Assembly (NCBI RefSeq): GCF_036321535.1
Contig: NC_087437.1
Location: forward strand, 46,068,001 to 46,132,000
Direction of reading: 5' to 3'
DNA length: 64,000 bases
Origin: Camelus dromedarius
Lineage: Eukaryota
Below are positions 1 to 10,766 of the stretch, one piece after another; positions within the stretch are counted from its first letter, which is position 1; each line of letters starts with the position of its first letter. The position numbers and the translations under genes were made by a program. The notes under the pieces are model-generated. The model worked only from the letters and a program-made list of their open reading frames with translations, ran no database searches and was not told the DNA's origin.

Positions 1-614
1 CTGGTGCTGACAGTGGGTGTGGCTCTACTGCTATGAGCTCTGGGAGTGCACAAGCACCTAAAGGTTGTCCACACATGGAGGTGGGGCTAAAACCTGAGCC
101 TATTGTCAGTGCTCCCAAGGCAGAGGTGGGGCCAAGGGCAGTGCCAACAACAGTGTACTTTGTAAGCCTGCACACCAGGTGGCAGGTGACATCACAGAGC
201 ACAGGTCCCAGGGGACAGCTGCTGGGGAGGAATACGCTGCTGCTCCTTTCCCAGTAGGAACAGTCTAGACTCATTTACCTCACACCAGAGCTTAGAACTG
301 GATCTGGGGGCTTCTCCAACAACTGGGGAGCATAACATGCCCCCAATAGTGCTATGACAACCACAGAGCAAAGAGGAGGCCCCGAGTGCAGGCACTGATC
401 AACACAACATCAATCACACCCCTTATCAAGGGAATAATGACCCACACAAACTAAGGAAAGACGCAGCAGGCATCCATCCCCAAAACAATCCTCACACCAA
501 AAATACTGGACTTACACAGACTATACAGGGACACTTCCACATAAAACAGCCCTTCAAGACCACAATAGATAACTGTTTCTCCTAAATTCATAGAGTCAGA
601 AAAATATAAATAAA

Positions 615-1505
615 ATGAAAAAGAAGAGGAATCACTCCCAATTAAAAGAACAAGAGAAATTCTTTGAAAGAACAGTCGATGAAACAGACCTCTTCAGTCT
701 ACCAGACCCCAAGTTCAAAAAGTAGGTAATAAAAATGCTGAAGGAATTAAGAAAGGCTATTGACAGAAATGTAGATCACCATAACAAGGAACTAGAAACT
801 GTAAAGAGGTGCCAATCAAAATTTTACAACTCAATTGCTGAGATGAAAACTAAGTTCAAGACAATAAATAGCAAACTAAGTAATGTAGAAGAATAAATAA
901 GTGATCCGGAAGATAGAATAATGGAAATCACCCAATCAAAAGAGCAGACAGAAAGACAAATGAAAAAATAAATAAATAAAAGCAATATAGGAGACCTATG
1001 GGATAATATAAAGTGGGCCAATCCATGCATAATGAGGAAATTCATAAGGAGAAGAAAGAGGAAAGGTGGCCAAAAACGTATTTAAAGAACTTATGGCTGA
1101 GAATTTCCCAAACCTAAAAAGGAAACGGATATCCAGGTACAGGAAGCACAGGTCCCAAATAAAATAAACCCAAACAGACCTACACCAAGACATATCATAA
1201 TTAAAATGGCAAAAATTAAAGAAAAAGAGATTATTCTAAAGGCAACAAGAGAAAAACAGTTACAAGGGAACCCTCGTAAGGTTAGCAGTTGATTTCTCCA
1301 CAGAAATTTTGCTGCCCAAAAGGGAGTGGCAAGATATATTCCAAGTCCTGAAAGGAAAAAAAGTCTGCAACCTAGGATACTCCACCTAGCAAGATTATCA
1401 TTTAGAATAGAAGAAGAGATGAAGAATTTCTCAGTCAAGTAAAAACTAAAAGAATACAGCAATACTAAACCTATCCTGAAAGAAACATAGAAAACTCTTC
1501 TCTAA
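615..1505 (+). pseudogene. Disrupted L1 ORF1 (old copy)
   Basis: ATG at 615 reads MKKKRNHSQLKEQEK, matching MKKQKNLSQLKEQEK of the young L1 in this window. ENFPNL and RPTPRHIIIKMAK motifs follow. In-frame stops and frameshifts present. Confidence 0.9.
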
Positions 1506-1976
1506 ACAGAAAAGAAGCAAAAATCTACAAGAATTACAATAAGTAAAGAAAATATATAAAAGGATTATAGATCACTTAAATAAGCCAATATACAGATTTA
1601 AAAAAAATCAAAAATTTTTTGTGAAAGTGATTATAACTATGATGAACAGCAAAAGGGTAAACATGAAGATGTAAAATAGGACATCTAAATCATAAAACGT
1701 GGTGGAGGGGGTAACAAAATGTAGATTTTTGTTTGTTTTAGAATATGTTTGAGCTTATATGACTACCACTCTAAAGCAAGTAGATATAGTCAGGAGTTAA
1801 CATACTTGAAAACCAGTGTAACCACACATCAAAAGCATACAAAAGCCAAAAAGAAGAGAACTCAAGCATAATACAAAAGAAAACCATCAAACCACAAAAG
1901 CAAAAGGCCAACAAAAACAAAAAGAAAAGGAAGGAACAAAGAAGAAATACAAAATTAACCAGAAAACAGGTTTAAA

Positions 1977-4900
1977 ATGGCAATAAATATGTAGTTATCA
2001 ATAATTACCTTAAATGTCAAAGGATTAAATGCTCCAATCGAAAGACATAGATTGGATAATAAAACAAGAACCTAAAATACACAGCTTATAAGACACCCAC
2101 TTTTGGGCAAAGGACACACATAGATTGAAAATGAAGAGATGGAAAAAATATTTAATGTAAAGGGAAATGACAAGAAAGCAGGGTTAGCAAAATTCATATC
2201 AGACAAAATAGGCTTTAAAATAAAGACCATAAAGAAAGATAAAGAAGGACCCTATATAATGATAAAAGGAACAATACAAGAAAAGGATATTACACTCAGT
2301 AATATATACGCACCCTATACAGGATCACCTAAATATATAAAACAAATACTAACAGATATAAAGGGAGAAATGGGCAGGAAGACAATGATAGTAGGAGACT
2401 TTAACACCCCAGTGACATCAATGAACAGCTCTTCCAGACAGAAAATCAGTAAGGCAACAGAATTCCTAAATGACACAATAGAACAGTTAAATTTCATTGA
2501 TATCTTCAGGACATTACGTTAAAAAAGAAAACAGAATACATGTTCTTTTAAGTGCACACGGAATATTCTCTAGGATAGATGACATACTAAGACACAAAAT
2601 AAACCTCAACAAATTTAAGAGAATAGAAATTATTTCTAGCAACTTTTTCTGATCATAATGGCATGAAACTAGAAATCAACCACAGAAAAAGAAACGAGAA
2701 GGAAAAAAATACATGGAGACTAAACAACATGCTACTAAAAAAAACCCCAATAGGTCAATGATGAAATCAAAGGAAATAAAAAAAATACCTCAAGACAAAT
2801 GATGATGCAAACACAACCGTACAAAATCCATGGGATGCAGCAATATCAGTCCTAAGAGGGAAGTTCATAGCAATACAGACCTTCCTCAAAAACAAGAAAA
2901 ACCTCAAATAAACGACCTAACTTATCACTCAAGAGAATTAGAAAAAGAAGAAAGAAAATCTAAAGTCAGCATAAGGAAGGAAATAATAAAGATCAGAGAG
3001 GAAACAAATAAGTGGTTAAAAAAATGGAAAAAAGTCAATAAAACCAACAGCTATTTTCTTGAAAGCATAAACAAAAATCAATAAACCACTGGCCAGGCTC
3101 AGCCAGAAGAAAAGAGAGGACCCAAATAAACAAAATAAGAAATGAAAGAAAGGAAATAACAGTTGATACCATAGAAATACAAAATATCATAAGAGAATAC
3201 TATGAATAGTGATATGCCAACAAATTGGGTAACCTAGAAGAAATGGACAAGTTTCTAGAAACATACAGCCCATGAAAACTAAATTAAGAAGAAAGAGATA
3301 ATTTGAACAGACTGATCACTAGAAGTGAAATAGAATCTGTAATTTAAAAAACTCCCTGCAGACTAAAGTCCAGGACCAGATGTCTTCACTGGGGAATTCT
3401 ACCAAACATACAAAGAGTTCTCAACCTCTTCCAAAAGATTGAAGAGGAGGGAACACTCTCAAAGTCATTTTCTGAAGCCACCATCACCCTGTTACCAAAA
3501 CCAGACAAAGACACTACCAAAAAGAAAATTACATATCAATATTTTTGATAAATATAGGTACAAAAATTCTCCACAAAATATTAGCAAACCAAATCCAACT
3601 GCACATAAAAAGGATCATACACCATGATCAAGTTGGAGTCATCCCAGGGTCATAAAGATGGTTCAGCACATGTAAATCAATCAATGTCATACACCATATC
3701 AACAAAAGAAAAGGAAAAAACCACATGATCATCTCAATAGATGCAGAAAAAGCATTTCATAAAATTTACATTCATTCATGATAAAAGCTCACCAAAGTGG
3801 GCATAGTGGGAACATATCTCAACATAATAAAAGCTACTTAGGACAAACTCACAAGTGAAAAGCCAAAAGCTTCCCACTAAAATCTGGGACAAGACAAGGC
3901 TGCCCACTATCACCACTCCTATTCAAAATACTCTTGGAAGTCCTAGCCACAGCAATCGGACAAGAAAAAGAAATAGAAAGTATCCAAATTGGAAGGGAAG
4001 AGATAAAACTGTCATTATATGCAAAGGACATGGTATTCTATATAGAAAACCCTAGAGACTCCACACGAAAACTACAGAACTGATAAACAAATTCAGCAAG
4101 GTAGCAGGACACAAGATTAACATACATAAATCTGTTGCATTTCTTTACACTAACAATGAAATATCAGAAAAAGAAAGTTAAGAAACAATCTATTTTAAAA
4201 TCACATTAAAAAAGCCTAAAATAAACCTGACCAAGGAGGTGAAAGACTTACACACTGAGAAGCATAAAACATTGATAAAGTAAGTTGAAGATGATTCAAA
4301 GAAATGATAAGATGCCCCATGCTCTTGAACTAGAAGAATTAATGTTGTTAAAATGGCCATACTACCCAAAGCAATCTATAGACTTAATGTGATCCCTATC
4401 AAATTACTTATGAAGTTTTTCACAGAATTAGAACAAATAATTCTAATATTTGTATGGAAACACGTAAGACCCAGAATTGCCAAAGCAATCCTGAAGAAAA
4501 AGAACAAAGCTTGAGGCATAACCCTCCCAGACTTCAGACAACACTACAAAGCTACAGTAATCAAAACAGTGTGGTATTGGCACAAAAACAGTCACATGGG
4601 TCAATGGAACAGAATAGAGAGTCCAGAAATAAGCCCACACCCCTATTAATCTTCGACAAAGGAGGCAAGAACATACAATGGGACAAAGACAGTCTCTTCA
4701 GAAAGTGGTGTTAGGAAAAACTGCACAGCTGCATGTCGGTCAGTGAAGTTAGAACACTCCCTCACACCATACAGAAAAACAAACTCAAAATGGCTTAAAG
4801 ACTTGACTATAAGACATGATACCATAAAACTCCTAGAAGAGAATATAGGCAAAACATTCTCTGATATAAATTTTTGCAATGTTTTCTTAGGTCAGTCTCC

Positions 4901-5860
4901 CAAGCCAAAAGAAACAAAAGCAAAAATAAACAAATGGCACCTAATAAAACTTTTAAGCTTTTGTACAGCAAAGGAAATGATAAGCAAAACAAAAAGACAA
5001 CCTATGGAATGGGAGAAAATATTTGCAAATGATGTGACCGACAAGGGCTTAATTTCCAAAGTATACAAACAACTCATACAGTTCAAGAACAACAACAAAA
5101 AAACAAACAACCCAGTCAAAAAAATGGACAGAAAGCCTATATAGACATTCTCTAAAGAAGACATACAGATGGTCAACAGGCACATAAAAAGATGTTCAAT
5201 TGCTAATTATTAAAGAAATGCAAATCAAAACTACAATGAGGTATCACCTTACACCAGTCAGAATGGCTGTTATCAAAAAGTATACAAGTAATAAGTGCTG
5301 GAGAGGGTGTGGAGAAAAGGGAACCCTCCTACACTGTTGGTGGGAATGTAAATTGGTGCAGCCACTATGGGGAACAGTATGGCAGTTCCTTAAAAAACTG
5401 AAAATAGAATTACCATATGATCTAGCAATCCAAACCCTGGGTGTATATTTGGAAAAGGCAAAAACTTTAATTGGAAAAGATACATGTACCCCAATGTTTA
5501 CAGCAGCACTATTAACAATAGCCAAGACATGGAACCAACATATATAACATGGTTCTTGCCCGGGGCCACAGCAATGTGACAGATGCCAGGGGAAGTCTCC
5601 ATGTCCCCATTCTGCACTGCCTGTCACAGTTGATCCTGCAGTCCCAGCACCAGTAGGATGAGTTTCAGGAGTTTGTTCACATACCTCTGGGCATCAGGCT
5701 GTGAGATACATATATACACAATGGAATACTACTCAGCCATAAAAAAGAATAAAATAATGCCATTTGCAGCAACATGAATGGACACAGAGATCATCATACT
5801 AAATGAAGTAAATCAGACAGAGAAAGACAAATATATGATAACACCTATATGTGGAATCCA
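1977..5860 (+). pseudogene. Disrupted L1 ORF2 (endonuclease/reverse transcriptase, old copy)
   Basis: ORF-track fragments 2139-2522, 4743-5144 and 5200-5547 are clear ORF2 peptides; numerous stops between them. Confidence 0.93.
5549..5707 (-). pseudogene. IPO13: 159-bp importin-13 coding-sequence fragment (about residues 267-319) inserted antisense in the old L1
   Basis: Minus strand translates [52 protein letters not shown]. Human IPO13 as I recall it reads [53 protein letters not shown]: 45/53 identical, no gaps. Confidence 0.9.
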
Positions 5861-6239
5861 AAAAAGTGATACAAGTGAACTTATTACAAAATAGAAACAT
5901 AGAAAACAAACTTATGGTTACCAAAGGGGAAAGGAGGGGAAGGATAAATTAGGAGTTTGGAATTAACAGATACACATTACTATATATAAAACAGATAAAC
6001 AACAAGAAGCTACTGTATAGCACAGGGAACTACATTCACTATCTTGTAATTGCCTATAATGGAAAAGAATCTGAAAAGACTATTTTATATATATACATAT
6101 ACATATCTGAATTACTTTGTTATATATCTGAAACTAACAATACTGTAATTCAACTATACTTAAAAAAAACCCAGCCAGCACTTATAAAGAAAGGAAAAAA
6201 TAAGCTGGAGTATGGTGGGGAGCTTAGTGAAGGTCTACT

Positions 6240-6570
6240 TATACTCCTGTCTGGTGTCTGATGCTAGCTTTGCCTGGGATTTCAGCTGAGGCCATGGGTC
6301 CGGAATCCTGAATGTGGCTTCATGTGGTTGCCTGGACTGTATCTAGATTCAAAGGGTGAGCATTCCAAAGAGAGCTAGGTGGAAACCGTTGACTTTTATG
6401 ACAAAGCCTCAAAGTCACCTGACTTTACATAACATCACTTCTGCCACAAGCCCACTCAAATTCAAGAGGAAGAAAAAAAGACCGCGACTCCTGATGGAAG
6501 GAGAGTCAAAGAGGAGCATGTGGGATGGGAGATATTGTTCTGCCATCACTGGGAAATCTACGTATGGCAA
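6240..6570. mobile_element. Old MaLR (MLT1-type) LTR fragment
   Basis: MLT1-like motifs: catcacttctgccac, aagcccactcaaattcaagagg, ttttatgac..agcctc..aagtcac. Confidence 0.6.
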
Positions 6571-7207
6571 GAATGCTCAAAACCCATTCCCACGTATACT
6601 CCCCTGGTTTTTGCTGATGTAAGTCAGCAAAATATTGCTTACTTGTATGTATGCATGCATGTATACAAATATGTATGTAAGCTTTTTCCTTTCTGATTTG
6701 ACTTTGTGATAGGCCCCTGTGAATTTCTAATTATAAGTCTGGAGGCAAGGAGGATTCTCTGGGGGAAGAATGAAGAGAAGTAGGTTTCCTTTACAAAGTA
6801 ACTGCCTCTGTCTGGGCCATTACACACATGGAATTCAGGAAAGACAGGGGCAGTCTTAACAGACAGTTCAGAAGGGGCCGCTTCAGCTGGCATGGGAAGG
6901 CTCAGTGAAAATAGGCAGTTTGGTATATGGTAATCACCAGGCTCCTCCCCTATGTCTCATTCTAAGTATTAGGGGTCTGTGGGCATGGTACTACTCTTCC
7001 CTAAACAACAGCTTCATTTTCACATAAGAGAGGCAATAAGACTGTGAAATCAGCTGGTATAATCCAACAATCCATAGGATAATACTGCTTATTATATTTT
7101 CGGTTATAATAGCACTGTGGCCTCATAAGCATTTTTTTTTTTTACGGTATACGTAGTCCTATCAATATAACTTGATCCAGGTCACAGTAAACTTTAAGCT
7201 TATCCAT

Positions 7208-7567
7208 ATTAGTTAGATTTCTCCAGATGAACAGAAGCAATAGGATGTGTGTATGTGTATATGTTTATGTATGTATTTATATACATATAATGTATATATG
7301 ATACGTATAGCACAGGGAACTATATTCAATATCTTATAGTAACCTATGGTGAAAAGAATATGAAAACGAATATGTGTATGTTCATGTATGACTGAAGCAT
7401 TGTGCTGTACACCAGAAATTGACACGTTGTAAACTGACTATACCTCAATAAAAATATATATACAAAAAACTAAAATCTCCACATCAAAAAAATGTATATA
7501 TGTATACATTGACCAAGTATCTGAGTACCATGGCTTAGCCCAACTGACACATAAATTAACAATCTCA
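7208..7567 (-). mobile_element. Internally shortened MLT2 (ERV-L) LTR interrupted by a short L1
   Basis: Begins tattagttagatttctccagatgaacagaagcaatagga and ends gacacataaattaacaatctca, typical MLT2 termini. Confidence 0.65.
7301..7490 (+). mobile_element. 5'-truncated L1 3'UTR insertion with 12-bp TSD
   Basis: gtatagcacagggaactatattcaatatctt...aataaaa is similar to the 3'UTRs of both large L1s. TSD AATGTATATATG at 7289-7300 and 7491-7502. Confidence 0.85.
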
Positions 7568-8335
7568 CTTCCTTTCCTTCCCATAATAATCAGAAGCATC
7601 CAGACTGATCTTCAGTGTTTTCTTCCATATGCCTTCCTACTCTTACCAAATTGTAACCACTTGGTTCCTGAATGCCCTGCACTGATAGGCTCCTCATTCC
7701 ATATGACCAAGTGGTAATTAAAGTACCTCTCTCCACTGCTGCCATGGTCTGGATTCTCCCAGCCCTTTAACCTGACCACATTGGATAAGCAGTTGCATAT
7801 TCTCATTTCCTGAAAGGTTTGTTGTCCACTGCCACACCTGCCATTAATTACTGTATAGGTCAAGGTTCTTGTCTGCAAATAATAGAATTCACTCAAGCTA
7901 GTTTTTGCTGAAATAGATTTAATAAAGGATACTAGGTAGCTCAGGGGGTAATTAGGAAGGTGGAAGAAAACTGCTGTTTCCATAAGTAAAGTCCAGAGCC
8001 ACAGTGAAGAACTAGCCTAATGAGGGACTTGCTATTATTGGGGCCAGCCGCAGACTATGCAGCAGAACTGGCCCGAGGAGAGAATTCTGGTACCAACCCC
8101 CGTAGTAAAGGTCTGAAAGCACACTGCCTAGGGCATACGTACAAAAGAATGGAATAGGAACACTTAATCTCCGTTTATTCTAGTCTCAAGTGTTGAATAT
8201 GTAATTTCGAAACAGTGCAGTGCTGATAATGATATTTCCAGATAATTAGGTAAGAATATAGGCATTACCTTCCTCTTCAGAGCTATGAATTAAAGTAACC
8301 ATTATAACGTTGTTAAGCAACAAAATGCTCTAGAT

Positions 8336-8886
8336 TGTTGTGTTCGCAAAAATTCTATGATGGCCCCAAGATTCTGTCCCCTAGTGTATATATCTGCTAA
8401 AATCCCCTTTCTTGGGGTGTGGATGGGAATAGTGAATATGATGGGATATCAATCTGATTGATTAGTTACTACCTGACCTTGAATTAATCACAAGGGAGAT
8501 TATCCTGGGTGGGCCTAACTTAAACGAGCTCCTTGAAAGAAGGTAAAGCATCAGTAAAAAGCTTTCCTGCTGGTTTCCTGCCAAGTTGTGAAAGGAGGAG
8601 GCACATGGCTAGAACCTGAAGACCCTTGGCCAACAGCCAGTGGGACTTGGGGACCTCTACTGCAAAGAACCGAATTTTACCAACATTCTGAGTGAGCCTG
8701 GAAGAGGGTCCCAAGCTCCAGATGAGAATGAGGCTTCATCGACACTTTGATTTTAACATTGTGAGAGCCTGAGCAGATAACCCACTATGTCTTCCTGGAC
8801 TTCTGAACCTACTGAAAGCGAGAGGTGATGTGGGTATTGTGTCACAAATTGTGATAAATTGTTGTGCAGCACAGAAAACAAATACA
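8336..8886 (+). mobile_element. MaLR LTR (MLT1D/E-like)
   Basis: gatggccccaagattc, aagggagattatcctgggtgggcctaa, agctccagatgagaa, and terminal gcagcacagaaaacaaataca. Confidence 0.75.
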
Positions 8887-9689
8887 GTCTTGGTTCGGCG
8901 CAATCAGTGAATTTTTAATCATGTAAAATCTCGCTCCAAATCTCTACTTTGTATTTGCATTGGGAATGAAGGTATTCTCAGAGATATGGGACAAGAAGAG
9001 AACCAACTTGGCAATACATCAATGGACCAACTGAACACCTCCCTTCTTTAGGCATGGAATTCTTATGCTCTAATAATTTAGAGAAATAAAACCTATATTT
9101 TGGAGTTTGTTAAAAGGCTTGCCTTCAAGTCCCAAGATCTACTACAGAACTTGGCTGATAACAGGTCTATTTTAAATAGTAGCAATTATTACTACTGTCG
9201 CATATAGATGTATATAGGAAAAAATATTGTTATTACTTTTCATACTTTTTTCAATTCTGCAATTTAGAGGTTCCTATTGAACTCCCATTGTTAAAGCTAA
9301 AAGTCCATTCTACATATATTACATACATTCATATTCCTGAGCACAAGAATTCTTCATGCTAAAACCCCCAAAGCTTTATGTACTCCTTGTCAACTTCTAA
9401 AGGAAAAAAAATCAAGTGCGTGTCTTCTTTTTTATGTCTAAATTTATTTTACTGAAATAAATGGAGAATGGATGGTAGCATTAGTATGTTTATCTTAATA
9501 ACTGGATCATATTTTCAAATGATTGATCTGATTCACCAACAAATGATTTGATTTCAGACATTGTTTGAAAATACCTAATGGCTGTATAACAGAATGTTTA
9601 ATCGTGCTTTGTAGACCTATCCCAATTTTTAAGCTTCAAGATGTTGAAAACCTTTATATCCTCTGCTACTATTTATCTGATCACTTAGA

Positions 9690-10080
9690 AGTTAGAAATT
9701 GTACTTGGCTGTGAGTAGCAGAAACCAGAAAAACAGAAGCTTAAACAAATAAAGGCTTTTATTTTCTTCACATTATGTGATGTCTGGAGCTGGACATTAC
9801 AGGGCTGGTATGGTGGCACCCTGCTACCAGTATAACCCAGGCTCCTTCTGTGCTTCATTCAGCTATCCTTAGTGGATGCTTGTAACCTCATGAGCCCAAG
9901 CTCACTGCACCATTTCTGGTATCACATCTACTCTCCAGGAAGGAAGGAAGGAGAGAAAGGGCAAGGGAAAATATTTTTAGCTGAGGCTGTGCTGCTTTTA
10001 AAGAAGATTCTTAAAAGTTCTACCCAGTGATACTCACTTATATCTCATTGGTCAGAACACATGGTCATTTCTATCCTTTA
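9690..10080 (-). mobile_element. Old MaLR LTR (MLT1J-like)
   Basis: ggctgtgagtagcagaaacc..gcttaaacaaataaag, acccaggctccttct, atctcattggtcagaac. Confidence 0.6.
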
Positions 10081-10766
10081 AGGTTTTGTTTTATTAGTCA
10101 ATCACTTTGCTGTTCCAAATGGAAAAAGGTGAGGATGGAGAAAATTATGAATTTTTGCCACATATAGCATAGAGGAAAATTAGTATTATTTAAAGAAAAA
10201 AAGCAATTTGGACTGTCTTAGAATTGGCAAGCAATAAAACTATTTCAACATTTACATGGTAGAACTGGATACTGTAAAACAATGTGAAAACATGATAATG
10301 TCTTGACACTAAAAAGTTATAAAAATCTTCGGAATTATTCAAAGAAAGCAGAAAGTTATAAATAAATTCCATTGGAAGAGCTGGCTCAAAATTAAAATGG
10401 TCAAAAATCAAGGTACTTTTTGTGGGTTCTTTGTTAATGGTTGATTCTTTTTTTTTTTAACATTTTTTATTGATTTATAATCATTTTACAATGTTGTGTC
10501 AAATTCCAGTGTTCAGCACAATTTTTCAGTTATTCATGGACATATACACACTCATTGTCACATTTTTTTCTCTGTGAGTTATCATAACATTTTGTGTATA
10601 TTTCCCTGTGCTATACAGTGTAGTCTATTCTACAATTTTGAAATCCCAGTCTATCCCTTCCCACCCTCCACCCCCCTGGTAACCACAAGTCTGTATTCTC
10701 TGTCTGTGAGTCTATTTCTGTCCTTTATTTACGCTTTGTTTTTGTTTGTTTGTTTGTTTTTCTTTT

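Larger units (their letters stand above)
1..6170 (+). mobile_element. Older, decayed LINE-1; 5' end lies upstream of the window
   Basis: 5'UTR remnant, then ORF1 remnant (~615-1505) and a ~470-bp spacer. ORF2 remnant starts at ATG 1977, with endonuclease motifs NIYAP and IVGDFNTP, RT region KLSLYAKDM, and C-terminal [18 protein letters not shown]. 3'UTR and short A-tail at ~6162-6169. Many stops and frameshifts. Confidence 0.97.
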
